From the IMG/VR virus record IMGVR_UViG_3300025617_001081: a stretch of DNA of 64,000 nt; one strand, 5' to 3'. Source of the DNA: an uncultured virus (IMG/VR IMGVR_UViG_3300025617_001081). Taxonomy: Duplodnaviria > Heunggongvirae > Uroviricota > Caudoviricetes. A program made the translations under genes and the position numbers. This document shows positions 26,678-37,103 of the stretch, one piece after another. Within the stretch, counting starts at the first letter, position 1; each line of letters starts with the position of its first letter. The notes under the pieces are model-generated. The model had not been told where the DNA came from and searched no databases. It saw nothing but the letters and a program-made list of their open reading frames with translations.

Positions 26678-27964
26678 ATGTCTAAGACAGAAACTGTAAA
26701 AAGTAGTTTTGAGCCAGATCCAGATATCACTGAAGAAGCTCTTGCTACAATGCGCGAAGAGGTACTCGATCGTGTTATTGTAGCACGAGTAGGACTACTT
26801 CTTCGTCACCCATTCTTTGGTAACATTGCAACACGCCTTAATGTACAAAACTGCGACGACTGGTGTCCTACAGCGGCTACAGACGGACGTAACTTATACT
26901 TTAACACACAATTTTTTAACGCTCTTTCTAACAAAGAGATTGAGTTTGTTATTGCACACGAAATTATGCACTGTATTTTTGATCATTTGATTCGTAGAGA
27001 AGATCGTGATCCTATGCTGTACAATATTGCAGCAGACTACATTGTAAACAACACACTAGTGCGTGATCGAATTGGCGAGATTCCTAAACTTGTTCCTTGT
27101 TTTCAGGACTGGAAATATTCAGACTGGACTTCAGAAGAAGTCTACGAAGATCTTAAAAAAGAAGCAGAGGAAAAAGGCAAAGAGTTCTTAGAAGAACTTG
27201 GCGAACTTCTTGACGAACACGTTGATTGGGAAAATGATCCAGACAGCGAAGGCAAAGATGCAGAAGGCGAAAAGAACGGAAAAAGTTCTCGTCCTAGTTA
27301 CACTAAAGAAGAACTTGAAAAAATACGTGATGAAATAAAAGAAAATATGATGTCAGCGGCACAAGCCGCAGGCGCTGGCAATGTTCCTAAAGAAGTTGCA
27401 CGTATGATTAAGGAACTAACAGAACCTAAGATGGATTGGCGTGAAATACTTCGTCAGCAAATTCAAAGCACTATTAAGAACGATTATACATTTAGTCGTC
27501 CTAATCGCAAAGGATGGCATCTAAACGCAGTATTGCCTGGCATGAACTTTCAAGACACTATCGACGTATGTATCGGACTTGATATGTCGGGATCGATCGG
27601 AGATGATCAAGCACAAGACTTCTTGAGCGAAATCAAAGGCATCATGGATGAGTACCAAGACTACAATATTAAAATTTGGTGTTTTGACACAGAAGTTTAC
27701 AATGAAGAAGACTTTTCAGCAGACGGCGGAAAGAGTTTGTTAGAATATGACATTCAAGGCGGTGGCGGCACTGACTTTGATGCTAACTGGCGTTATATGA
27801 AAGAACATGACATTACGCCTAAGAAATTTATCATGTTCACAGATGGCTATCCTTGGGGTAGCTGGGGTGACGAAGACTACTGTGATACAGTATTTGTTAT
27901 TCACAGCAATAGAGACAGAAGTTTAGTCGCTCCTTTTGGAGTTACTGCACACTATGAAGGTTAA
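26678..27964 (+). CDS. DUF2201-type metallopeptidase-VWA protein (MoxR partner)
   Basis: TAATDG, HEIMH, DMSGS MIDAS, GGGGTDF, FTDGY. Confidence 0.9.
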   Translation: MSKTETVKSSFEPDPDITEEALATMREEVLDRVIVARVGLLLRHPFFGNIATRLNVQNCDDWCPTAATDGRNLYFNTQFFNALSNKEIEFVIAHEIMHCIFDHLIRREDRDPMLYNIAADYIVNNTLVRDRIGEIPKLVPCFQDWKYSDWTSEEVYEDLKKEAEEKGKEFLEELGELLDEHVDWENDPDSEGKDAEGEKNGKSSRPSYTKEELEKIRDEIKENMMSAAQAAGAGNVPKEVARMIKELTEPKMDWREILRQQIQSTIKNDYTFSRPNRKGWHLNAVLPGMNFQDTIDVCIGLDMSGSIGDDQAQDFLSEIKGIMDEYQDYNIKIWCFDTEVYNEEDFSADGGKSLLEYDIQGGGGTDFDANWRYMKEHDITPKKFIMFTDGYPWGSWGDEDYCDTVFVIHSNRDRSLVAPFGVTAHYEG

Positions 27965-28229
27965 AAATCTAAGACCATTAGATGTTTTAGATCTAAGGAG
28001 AATAGGCTACTGTCCTCCTTGGTTTTCTGATATAATGATCCCTACAAGTTATAATCTTGAACAAGCGATTATAAACTGGATAGAACAAAATCTAAAAAGT
28101 AGATTTTATATTGATACAGTATTAGGTATTATAGATGGTAAAACATCTAAAGTACTTAAAATAGCATTTGAAGATCCTAAAGAACTTAGTTTCTTCACTT
28201 TGGCATGTCCACACTTAAAATACAAATAA
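27954..28229 (+). CDS. Hypothetical protein
   Basis: ATG 27954 with GGAG SD. Confidence 0.65.
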   Translation: MKVKNLRPLDVLDLRRIGYCPPWFSDIMIPTSYNLEQAIINWIEQNLKSRFYIDTVLGIIDGKTSKVLKIAFEDPKELSFFTLACPHLKYK

Positions 28230-28260
28230 ATAATGTACGCACTTTAAAGGAGATTTATCT

Positions 28261-28497
28261 ATGAGCGATGAAACAACTGTAGAAAATACAGAAGAACAAG
28301 TAGCACAGCCAGAAGGCGGTGCACCAGAATTAACCGTGCAAGATTTACTTGCACTAAAAACTGTAATCGATGTTGCTAGTCAACGTGGCGCATTTAAGCC
28401 AAACGAAATGGTAACTGTAGGTCAAACTTACGGTAAGCTAGAAGCGTTCTTAGCCGCGGTAGCAGAGCAACAAGGACAGGCTGCTCAAGGAGAATAA
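28261..28497 (+). CDS. Hypothetical protein
   Basis: 78 aa; TAAATA at 28227 and AAAGGAG SD. Confidence 0.75.
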   Translation: MSDETTVENTEEQVAQPEGGAPELTVQDLLALKTVIDVASQRGAFKPNEMVTVGQTYGKLEAFLAAVAEQQGQAAQGE

Positions 28498-28498
28498 T

Positions 28499-29089
28499 AT
28501 GGCCGAATTAAAACACATCGGACGAATGAAGCATAATCAAAGAAAGGTTGTTGTAGCATATAGAACATTACCAGAAGATCCATATAATGCTCTTGTAGTG
28601 CCTACAGAAAGCCTAGATGCAGACATGCACGACAAATTAATGGAACTTGTTCAAAGTAATACAGGACAAACTGCATATGAACTTGCAGAAGCAATGGCTA
28701 GAGTTCGTCTTGCGGATGGTAGAATTATGTTGGCGGCATTTGTAAAAGAAGGAAAGTTAAACAAAGTTCCTACTAATACTGTAGAAATGACTCCTAACAA
28801 TACCACTGCTGTTGCATTAGATGAGTTAAACAACATCATTGCAGAACAAAAAGGAGTTCCAATTGAAGAACTTGCTCTTAAAGACACTTCTGCACAATCT
28901 AAAAGTCCTGCAGAACCAGCAGCAGTGACAGATACTGTAGTAGAATCTGCAACAGATGAACCATTAACAGATGAAGCATTAGCTGCAAGTTATAGATCAC
29001 AAGCGGATAGACTTTTTAAAGAAGCAAAAGTTCTTAGAGAACAAGCAGAAGCCTTAGTTCCTACTAAGAAGAAAACACAAAGTGCCTAA
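28499..29089 (+). CDS. Hypothetical protein
   Basis: 196 aa, AAGGAG SD. Confidence 0.75.
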   Translation: MAELKHIGRMKHNQRKVVVAYRTLPEDPYNALVVPTESLDADMHDKLMELVQSNTGQTAYELAEAMARVRLADGRIMLAAFVKEGKLNKVPTNTVEMTPNNTTAVALDELNNIIAEQKGVPIEELALKDTSAQSKSPAEPAAVTDTVVESATDEPLTDEALAASYRSQADRLFKEAKVLREQAEALVPTKKKTQSA

Positions 29090-29396
29090 GAAGTCTAATA
29101 AACTTAGTAGTGATATCATCGCACACTGGCCCGAGGTATTCAAAGATGTGGAAGTTAAAGCCATACCTATTGAATACCTCGAGTCTATTAATGTAACTTT
29201 TTCAGACGGAAAAATTTGGATGATTGATTTAAAAGATCCTAGAAAAAATTCTGTAGATAATTTAGGAGAAGTTATAGACGAACTATTAGACGAATACGAA
29301 GATAATATTGCCAATATAGACTTTCGTGTAGATGTTGTAAAAATTAAAAACGATATCACTCGTCGCACTCATATTTTTATGAAGAAAAGAAAATAG
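29082..29396 (+). CDS. Hypothetical protein
   Basis: 104 aa, GTG start overlapping the upstream stop. Confidence 0.65.
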   Translation: MPKKSNKLSSDIIAHWPEVFKDVEVKAIPIEYLESINVTFSDGKIWMIDLKDPRKNSVDNLGEVIDELLDEYEDNIANIDFRVDVVKIKNDITRRTHIFMKKRK

Positions 29397-29406
29397 TTTC
29401 TTTTTG

Positions 29407-29414
29407 TATAAATA
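29407..29414 (+). promoter_or_regulatory. T4-type late promoter TATAAATA
   Basis: Exact T4 late consensus upstream of a structural gene. Confidence 0.75.
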
Positions 29415-29443
29415 CAATATAATGTTTTAATCAGGAGTTACTA

Positions 29444-30613
29444 ATGGCTTTACGTCTTAGAAGAGGTACAGACGCCGAAAGAGTTACAATTACCCCGCAG
29501 GCAGGGGAGCTTATCTATGTTATCGACACTAAAAAAGTATGGGTCGGCGACGGTTTAACACAAGGCGGAGTTCCAGTTGACTCTACTCTAGGTTCTTTAA
29601 GTATTGATGATTTAACAGATGTAGACACTACAACTGCTCCTCCTCAAAACGGAGAAGCTCTAGTATGGAATTCAGTAGATCAAGAATGGCAGCCGCAGCC
29701 TGTTGTAACTTTTGAATCAGACCCTAGTGTTAATGGTAATTTAAAAGTTAATATTGTTGGTACTGATAGTTCCCTTTTAGTAGATGGCGACAATAATAGA
29801 TTTTTAGGACAGTTAGTAGGCGATAGTGTAGGCAACTTGTATGGTAGTGTATATTTTAACGACAGTTCAGTATCACTGGACACTATTGCAAATGCATTAA
29901 ATATTAGAAATGTAAATGCAGAAAATCTTAATCGAGCAAGTGACAATTTCCGTGTATTTGATTTAGAAGGTTCTAGACTTAACATAGATACTAATCCGTT
30001 AAATGCTACACAACAATTAGAAATTATAGGGACAGATTTAACAAATGAAACTGATATTAGAATACAATCTGGAGCTCGTTGCAGACTTCTTTTTTATAAA
30101 GTAGATACTACACAAGATTTAAGTAACGACACAAGCTCTTATGGTAATATAGATTTTAGAAGAGAAGATAGCGTTACTAACATAACAACAGGTAGAATTT
30201 CTGGCGGTAAAGATTTTATATATTTCTTCCAGAGCGATCAAGGATTATCTCCTGGTGCGCCTCCTGTATTGCCATATGGTAATTTTATGTTTTATCGCAA
30301 CGGTGATCTAGGTATTGGTACAAATTTACCTCAAGCAAAATTAGATGTTCAAGGAGATGCAGTTGTACTAGGCACAATGACTGCGGCGTCTTTTAAAGGC
30401 AGTGTAGTTGCAGACGATTCAACAGTAATTGTAGATGCTATCAACAGCACAATTACAGCAGGCGGATTTGTACAATTTGGTTCATACACAGATGCTGAAA
30501 TTGCAGCAATAACACCTGCTAACGGCATGGTTTATTATAACTCTACTGACAACAGATTCCGCGGTTACCAAAATGGTGGTTGGATTAACTTAGACGACGG
30601 TACTGCTGCTTAA
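29444..30613 (+). CDS. Tail fibre / virion structural protein
   Basis: MALRLRRGT...GELIY...GDG N-terminal domain; DDLTDV; GIGTNLPQAKLDV; GMVYYN..FRGY C-terminus. Confidence 0.75.
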   Translation: MALRLRRGTDAERVTITPQAGELIYVIDTKKVWVGDGLTQGGVPVDSTLGSLSIDDLTDVDTTTAPPQNGEALVWNSVDQEWQPQPVVTFESDPSVNGNLKVNIVGTDSSLLVDGDNNRFLGQLVGDSVGNLYGSVYFNDSSVSLDTIANALNIRNVNAENLNRASDNFRVFDLEGSRLNIDTNPLNATQQLEIIGTDLTNETDIRIQSGARCRLLFYKVDTTQDLSNDTSSYGNIDFRREDSVTNITTGRISGGKDFIYFFQSDQGLSPGAPPVLPYGNFMFYRNGDLGIGTNLPQAKLDVQGDAVVLGTMTAASFKGSVVADDSTVIVDAINSTITAGGFVQFGSYTDAEIAAITPANGMVYYNSTDNRFRGYQNGGWINLDDGTAA

Positions 30614-30656
30614 TCAAAAATTTTGTACATAATATTCTGCAAGCATATATATTAAT

Positions 30657-31322
30657 ATGCTTGCAGAACATCTTAAAAATATTCCTCATTTAAAATTAAA
30701 TCTTACATTTCCGAACGAGTGTTATAATGAAATTCTTTCTGTAAAAGATTTTTATGGGTTAACTTTAAAACAAGAATTTTCTAAAGAACTAAAAGACGTA
30801 TATTATAATACAAATAAAGGACATGCATTAAGATCTTATTCAGGCTTGTCTAAACATGCATATTACACTCCAAATTCCAATGCTATTGATATTGATAAAA
30901 GATATCTAAAAAATTTGACATATTTCAATACTCCTACTTGGTTTAAACTCAAAGAAACAACTAATTGGATACAAAAAAATATCTGTGAGGAAAAAAACTT
31001 AAAAATGGTATGTCTACATAAAATGACAGCTAATTCAAACGTAGGCTGGCATTCTCACTATGATTATAAAGAACCTTATCATACTGGAATAGTACATATA
31101 AGTATTAATACAAATAATAAAGATATCTCTGAAGTTGAGACTGTAGATAAACAAATTATTGCAAAGAATTATCCTCAAAACGAATGCTGGCTTTTTAATA
31201 GTTGGTTAAAACATAGATCTATTAATTTAGGATCTTCACCTCGTTTACACCTCGTATTAGAATGTGATTTTTCTGACAAAATATTTTCATCAGTAATAAA
31301 CGAGTCTCTTAAAAATGTATAA
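30657..31322 (+). CDS. Aspartyl/asparaginyl beta-hydroxylase-like 2OG-Fe(II) protein
   Basis: WHSH...HISI...HRSINLGSSPRLHL. Confidence 0.7.
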   Translation: MLAEHLKNIPHLKLNLTFPNECYNEILSVKDFYGLTLKQEFSKELKDVYYNTNKGHALRSYSGLSKHAYYTPNSNAIDIDKRYLKNLTYFNTPTWFKLKETTNWIQKNICEEKNLKMVCLHKMTANSNVGWHSHYDYKEPYHTGIVHISINTNNKDISEVETVDKQIIAKNYPQNECWLFNSWLKHRSINLGSSPRLHLVLECDFSDKIFSSVINESLKNV

Positions 31323-31908
31323 TAATTTAAATAAGTATACTGTTTATACATTAAAAGATATAGACTATTGGATTGACGATTTTGAAAAAGCAAGAGAACA
31401 AATTTTAAGATCTGATGATGCAAAACGAATTAATTACAGTAGTAAAAATTTTATTTTAAAGGATCAAGAAGAAATTTCAGTAGTCTATTATGACGACGAA
31501 CTTGTTTCTTTCAGTACTATTTTTGGCAGACCAAAATTTTATCCTAAAAATACATACCGTGTCTTAAATAGGAGTTGGAAAAATCCTAACATACGATGGA
31601 GGAAACCTCCATATTATATTTTAAGTAGTTTAATGTTAAAACCTCAAATTAAAAAGGCAAAAGAACTAAATGCAAAAGCAGTTTTTGTTAGTTCAGAAGG
31701 ACATAGAAATCGCTGGCTTAAGTCTTGGATCGAGGGTGCTAACAAAGAATACAAAAATTGGGTTCAAGTAGACGGTATGGTAAAAGTTTGCGGCGGAGCA
31801 TATTTAAAATGTTGGCAGAATGTAGGATATCTTCCTTTAGTATCTGGATATACTCCTAATTTTGATACTGTGTCTTATAAAGAATGGGAGAAATTAATTG
31901 CAAATTAA
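31315..31908 (+). CDS. Hypothetical protein, possible GNAT fold
   Basis: 197 aa; weak acyltransferase-like pattern. Confidence 0.4.
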   Translation: MYNNLNKYTVYTLKDIDYWIDDFEKAREQILRSDDAKRINYSSKNFILKDQEEISVVYYDDELVSFSTIFGRPKFYPKNTYRVLNRSWKNPNIRWRKPPYYILSSLMLKPQIKKAKELNAKAVFVSSEGHRNRWLKSWIEGANKEYKNWVQVDGMVKVCGGAYLKCWQNVGYLPLVSGYTPNFDTVSYKEWEKLIAN

Positions 31909-32728
31909 TAAAAATGTAATACACGGCTATAATATATTTGAGAAAAAATTAAACCGACAATATGACTTAATTGATCCTTATATAAGTTCTTGGATCAAAT
32001 GGTTTATGCCAGGTATTTGCGGGAAAACAACTTTTAAGCATTACATTCCTATAAATGGCATAGTTGAAGCAATAGAAAAGATTTGTTCTAACAAAACTTT
32101 TAATAGATTTGTTATTCTTCAAGGAGAAGTTCCATTTTATGAAAATATTCTTAAAGCACAAAAACAAAATTACATAAAAATAAATCCAAATAATTTATCT
32201 GAAATTAAGTCCGGAGATTTAGTCTGTATTAGTATGCCTTTTTCTGCAACTGCATCTATTCCAGATTGGTATAAAGAGTTGTGTGACTATTTAGAGAAAC
32301 ACAACATACAATCTTTTATAGATGGTGCTTATATTGGAACTATTAATAAATCTGTTTACATTCCGAGTACTTGTATATTTTTTTCATTATCGTGCAGTAA
32401 ACCATTTAATGCGTCGGGATTAAGATCTGGAATTTTGTGTTGTGAAGAAATATTAGATTCTTTTATACCAAAAATTAAATTAGCAAACTATAACTATTAC
32501 ACGATGGAAACTTCAATCGAACTACTTGAAAAATATAATTGTTTTTATGTTTACAATTATTTTAGAAGATTGCAGGAAGATTATTGTTCCTTGCATAATT
32601 TAATTTGTAGTGATAGTGTAGTTTTATCTTATACATTTAATCTTGATCACAATTTAAAAGATATTATGATATACAACGATGACTTAAAAATGTACAGATT
32701 ATGTATGCCTAAGGTTTTAAAATCCTAA
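31898..32728 (+). CDS. PLP-dependent aminotransferase-like protein (fold type I)
   Basis: IDGAY; SLSCSKPF-x-ASGLRSG PLP-lysine motif. Confidence 0.7.
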   Translation: MQINKNVIHGYNIFEKKLNRQYDLIDPYISSWIKWFMPGICGKTTFKHYIPINGIVEAIEKICSNKTFNRFVILQGEVPFYENILKAQKQNYIKINPNNLSEIKSGDLVCISMPFSATASIPDWYKELCDYLEKHNIQSFIDGAYIGTINKSVYIPSTCIFFSLSCSKPFNASGLRSGILCCEEILDSFIPKIKLANYNYYTMETSIELLEKYNCFYVYNYFRRLQEDYCSLHNLICSDSVVLSYTFNLDHNLKDIMIYNDDLKMYRLCMPKVLKS

Positions 32729-34331
32729 TATCTTCTTTATTAAATTTTTTATCAAGTTTTTTAAAATAACTGGTTGTATGTTCTAAAAATTTATTTTCTA
32801 ACCAAGAAGTAATATCATTAGAATTATTCCAATTTAAATCCATGATTTTTTTCATATACACATCTACATTTTTGTGAGTTATCCCATAACTTCTAAGAAT
32901 AGGATAAACATCAGAGCCTATCCAAAATGGATTACAATTACTTTTAAATATATTATAACCTTCATGATATAATTCATATGCCTGCGTTGATGTCATAGAA
33001 TCGTGTGTCCATTCATTTCCATAACCTATAATGTTAAATTTGTCTTTGCCGTATTCACTCATAGTTTTTATATCATTATCGTCATTATAAAATTTATCGC
33101 GATGCCATGTGGTTAGGCTAAAAGTTTTAAGTTTGCTTGATTTAATCCATTCAAATGTTTCTAACTGGCTGTCGATAGTTTCATAAGGTAGCCCTATTAT
33201 AAAATTACTGTGTGTATAAAGATTTCCATTAGTTTTTTCATATATATTGCTAATTACTTCTTCATTGCGTTCATGATCTAACATTTTATTTGCATGTTTA
33301 AGAACTTTATTATTAGTACTTTCAAGGCCAAACTTTAAATAACGACAGCCACTGTTATACATTCTATCAATTAAGTCCGGATGTACACTTAGAACATCAG
33401 TTCTTGCATAAGAATGCCATTCTGGTTCGAATGGCAGAGAATTAAACATATCGCATATTTCTATAACTTTTCTTTTGTTATCGTTGAAAGTATCATCCAT
33501 TAGTCTAAATTTAGTAATACCAAATTCATTATAATTTTTAATTATTTCTTCTCTAATTGACTCTACAGAACGTCGTTTATTTGAATGTTTATAAGAACAA
33601 AAATAACAATTGAAAATGCAGCCCCTACTAATTTCTACAAATAACCATTCATTAGATAATAAATCACTGTTAATATTTGTATGATCAATATAAAGTTCGC
33701 TGGCTACAAATTCTTTTGACAGTGGGTAAGCTTTTTCAGAATGAACTACTTTTGTTTTTTTAAAACTTTTAGAAAATTTTCCTAAATTCCATTCTGTGCT
33801 ATAATCTAAAAGAGTTTCTCCATTTAAATATTTGTAGTATTCTTGTATTGCAATATCACTTTCACCAGTAAAAATACAATCAATATAATTATCAATAAAC
33901 TCTAAACCTTCTTCTCTAACGTTTGTCATTTGCCCACCTCCTATAACAATTTTCACATTAGGATAATTGGTTTTTAAAAATAAAATAATATTTTTTAAGT
34001 TTTCATGATAATACACAATTGAGTTAGATTTAGAACCTAAAAATTTAAATTTATCAAAAAGACTGTGCTGACTATTGTTTTTTGTATTACCTCTTAGATT
34101 TGTCGCAGAAATTCCTACAATTTTAGTATCACTGGTAACATATTTTTTTAACAATTTTATTTGATATTCGTAACTTATATGGAAAAAATAATCAAGCACT
34201 TTAGATTTGCAACCTATTTGATCAAGAGATGTTGCAATTCTATATGCGCCTACTGAGCGAATAGAGCTCCCATGTCCGTAATCAACATCAAATCTTGGTG
34301 TAATGTCGTTTAAAATTATTGCGTTCATCAA
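32709..34331 (-). CDS. B12-binding radical SAM enzyme (class B methyltransferase-like)
   Basis: N-terminal cobalamin domain (VGIS, IVIGG, GESD); SRGCIFNCYFC; DDTF; GLES; IIGLPYET. Confidence 0.9.
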   Translation of the reverse strand: MMNAIILNDITPRFDVDYGHGSSIRSVGAYRIATSLDQIGCKSKVLDYFFHISYEYQIKLLKKYVTSDTKIVGISATNLRGNTKNNSQHSLFDKFKFLGSKSNSIVYYHENLKNIILFLKTNYPNVKIVIGGGQMTNVREEGLEFIDNYIDCIFTGESDIAIQEYYKYLNGETLLDYSTEWNLGKFSKSFKKTKVVHSEKAYPLSKEFVASELYIDHTNINSDLLSNEWLFVEISRGCIFNCYFCSYKHSNKRRSVESIREEIIKNYNEFGITKFRLMDDTFNDNKRKVIEICDMFNSLPFEPEWHSYARTDVLSVHPDLIDRMYNSGCRYLKFGLESTNNKVLKHANKMLDHERNEEVISNIYEKTNGNLYTHSNFIIGLPYETIDSQLETFEWIKSSKLKTFSLTTWHRDKFYNDDNDIKTMSEYGKDKFNIIGYGNEWTHDSMTSTQAYELYHEGYNIFKSNCNPFWIGSDVYPILRSYGITHKNVDVYMKKIMDLNWNNSNDITSWLENKFLEHTTSYFKKLDKKFNKEDIRILKP

Positions 34332-35095
34332 GAATATTCTTTAGGTAGATAATTAACTTTTTTTGTCTGTTTTTCAATAGGAATGTCTTTATCATCCCAA
34401 AGGTCCAAAGTTAAATAAATTCTATTAAAATTTCCATCATGGGTTATTTTATGAGGTACACTTACATTCATAAACCATGCATGACCTGGTTCAAAATAAA
34501 TCTCACACCACTCATCATCTATTAAGAAAAAAGTATGTACAGTATTTTCTGTGTACACAGGAATGTGTACCCGAAAGCCGTTTTCTTTAGGATGAGGGTA
34601 ATCAATATGGGGTTTCAGATGCCAATTAGGATAAGCTATACTATATCTAGCTCTAATAACTTTTGACTCGAATCGTGCTAGCACTTCTCTAGTATAAGGA
34701 CCTACCCAAGGTAAAATCTTGGTCCATTGACTATAATTTCTACTATCAGATTCTAACTCCATTATGTTAAATTGTCTATATTCGTCGCCAACAAAATTTA
34801 CATTGATTAGTTCTTTTTTTGCTTCGTCCCAATCAATATTCCTACTTGCAAACCATTCCGTTAAATATGTTCCTGATTGACAAAGTAATTTTTCTTGGTG
34901 TTCTAAATATTCTTTATGTAGTAACTTATAATCGATATTATCTAATATAGGCGCACATACTGGATATTCATCTAAATATCCGTTAGATTTGTAAAGTTTT
35001 ATATCGTCATAAGGATTGTCTTCGTCCCATTTATATATTTTTTTAATGGTTCCAATAGATTCTCCGAGATAAGGATGTTTGCTTATAATTTTCAT
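34328..35095 (-). CDS. Asp/Asn beta-hydroxylase-like oxygenase
   Basis: PHID...RVHIP...NVSVPH...RIYL. Confidence 0.75.
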   Translation of the reverse strand: MKIISKHPYLGESIGTIKKIYKWDEDNPYDDIKLYKSNGYLDEYPVCAPILDNIDYKLLHKEYLEHQEKLLCQSGTYLTEWFASRNIDWDEAKKELINVNFVGDEYRQFNIMELESDSRNYSQWTKILPWVGPYTREVLARFESKVIRARYSIAYPNWHLKPHIDYPHPKENGFRVHIPVYTENTVHTFFLIDDEWCEIYFEPGHAWFMNVSVPHKITHDGNFNRIYLTLDLWDDKDIPIEKQTKKVNYLPKEYS

Positions 35096-35871
35096 ATTAC
35101 TATAACCCTATCATTGTTCTTTTCAGCATTTTCTTGAATCCAATCAACCATTTCTGTAGATGCTTTACCTTCTATACGGCATATAATACGCTGTTGGTTT
35201 GTTTTATCTATGCTATGGTGTATAAATTGAGGACAAAAATAGTATGCAGAATCAAACACCTTAATTTTTTCTTTTGAGCGATTAAAGTAAAAATTAATAC
35301 CGTCTCCTTGAAAAACTACTGTTATTAAACAATTTACGTCCATGTTAAATTTATTGATTCCGTATTGTAAAAGGTGCTCGTTACGTCTTTCTTGTGTTTC
35401 ACTATCAATTCTAAAAACGCTGTCTATATGCTTGTGTAAAGACATTCCTGGCTCAACTGTTTGTATATTTACTCTTCCTACTTTTTCAAACGGCAAATTA
35501 TTGATTAGATCCACTATAGTTGGACATTCTGCTACTATATCTGTCCATTCGAATAGGCTAGTGTCTGTAATTAGATAACTAAAACTATACTTTAATCCTT
35601 TTATACCTCGCAACAAAACACCTTTTACTGGAAAATCATTAGGACGTTCTGATTGTTGTAGTTGCCTGGACTGTTTTTCTAAATAATCTGCTTCTGTTGT
35701 ACTTAGACTACTAATATCAGGCCGTTGTAATTTTATGCCTTTAGAAGAAATCCAAGCACCGTAATTATCTATAACATTTTTTGCCTCGGCTAGTGCTTTG
35801 TCTTTATCATATTCTATATCTAACGGCGAATAAAGAACAAATTGTTTATCTAAATAGATCATTTTATCCAC
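35092..35871 (-). CDS. 2OG-Fe(II) oxygenase-like protein
   Basis: KHID...HHS...RII. Confidence 0.65.
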   Translation of the reverse strand: MDKMIYLDKQFVLYSPLDIEYDKDKALAEAKNVIDNYGAWISSKGIKLQRPDISSLSTTEADYLEKQSRQLQQSERPNDFPVKGVLLRGIKGLKYSFSYLITDTSLFEWTDIVAECPTIVDLINNLPFEKVGRVNIQTVEPGMSLHKHIDSVFRIDSETQERRNEHLLQYGINKFNMDVNCLITVVFQGDGINFYFNRSKEKIKVFDSAYYFCPQFIHHSIDKTNQQRIICRIEGKASTEMVDWIQENAEKNNDRVIVI

Positions 35872-36509
35872 TCGTCTAAAATTTTTGGTTTGTTAATTTT
35901 AAATTTGTGTGGAGATTGTTGGATTAGTTTGTTATATTCAACTGTTTCATTTCCAGTCCAAGGTGTACCAAAACAAATTGTAATCTTTTCTTCTTTGCCA
36001 GGGTCTATAGCGTGTGGATGTGTTCCATCTAGCACATATGAATTATAATCGTTTGGAGCAAAAATTTTTTCATTGTTTTCATCTAAAAAAAATAATTTGT
36101 CAATTTCTCCATTTAGCACGATTCTAAATTTATGCTGAATTGTATTAAGTCTATGCTTTCCTGAATCTACATGAACATTAAGTCCGTGATCTTTTTTTGT
36201 TCTTAATACACTGACTCTTGTTTTCATACCCATGAAGGGGAATATCTTTTGTAGAATAACGTCTTCAATTAGATTACAATTTTTTATTGCTTCTGTATAA
36301 ACCATATTACCTTCGTCCCGCATAACACCTTTTGGCGGAGCACCTGTTGTGCCGCCACCGTTTATTAAAGGTAAAATATAGCATCCTCTAAAATTATCTT
36401 TATACCAAAAGTCTTCTTTTACTGTTTTAATTTCTTTTAACATACTGGTAATTTCTACATCACTGATATCTAAATCAAGCGCACAAAATGTAAAATCTAA
36501 TTTTTCCAT
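35859..36509 (-). CDS. 2OG-Fe(II) oxygenase-like protein
   Basis: VHVD...KFRIVL...HPHA...KIT. Confidence 0.65.
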   Translation of the reverse strand: MEKLDFTFCALDLDISDVEITSMLKEIKTVKEDFWYKDNFRGCYILPLINGGGTTGAPPKGVMRDEGNMVYTEAIKNCNLIEDVILQKIFPFMGMKTRVSVLRTKKDHGLNVHVDSGKHRLNTIQHKFRIVLNGEIDKLFFLDENNEKIFAPNDYNSYVLDGTHPHAIDPGKEEKITICFGTPWTGNETVEYNKLIQQSPHKFKINKPKILDEWIK

Positions 36510-36512
36510 TGT

Positions 36513-37103
36513 TTATAACCTTGAAATTAAGTTTGTAAAATCTTCGCCATCGTTGGCTCCAAAGGATCCAACCTGAAACATTATTCTATCTTCGTCGTTG
36601 TCGATAACATTATGTTCAACATGGACATTTTTAATTACAGGCTGGTATTTTGTGTAATAATATTGTCCTATAATTTTTCTATCATCATTCCTGCTAGTCC
36701 AAAAAGTTATAGGTTTCTTCAATTTAACTAACGGGATGGATAATATTGCTGCTCTATAATCTACATGAATGTTTAATGGACCTGGAATTCTTGCTAATTT
36801 AGAAGAGCTTATAATTTTATCTATAGTATTGTGGGTAGTATTTTTAAATAATTCAGCAAATTTTTTGAAAATAGGATTTGATTTTTCTTCTATTGTTGCA
36901 TCATTCATGTACCATTGAGTGTATCCAGATTTCATCACATAATTATTTTTGTTAGGTATAATGTTGTTTACCGAATCTTTATATTTTTCTTTTAAATAAT
37001 TCAGAAATGCAATATCGGTGCTATCTAAAAATAATTTTGAACTAGGAACTTCATAGATTAAACCTTTAAGATTCATAGCACAAATCCTTTTGGCCGTTGA
37101 CAC
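36513..37103 (-). CDS. 2OG-Fe(II) oxygenase-like protein
   Basis: IHVD...EHNV...RIMFQ. Confidence 0.6.
   Translation of the reverse strand: MSTAKRICAMNLKGLIYEVPSSKLFLDSTDIAFLNYLKEKYKDSVNNIIPNKNNYVMKSGYTQWYMNDATIEEKSNPIFKKFAELFKNTTHNTIDKIISSSKLARIPGPLNIHVDYRAAILSIPLVKLKKPITFWTSRNDDRKIIGQYYYTKYQPVIKNVHVEHNVIDNDEDRIMFQVGSFGANDGEDFTNLISRL

Noticed and set aside
29385..29405. Intrinsic terminator before the tail-fibre gene
   Set aside because: The stem is almost all A-U (AAAAGAAA/TTTCTTTT), too weak to call
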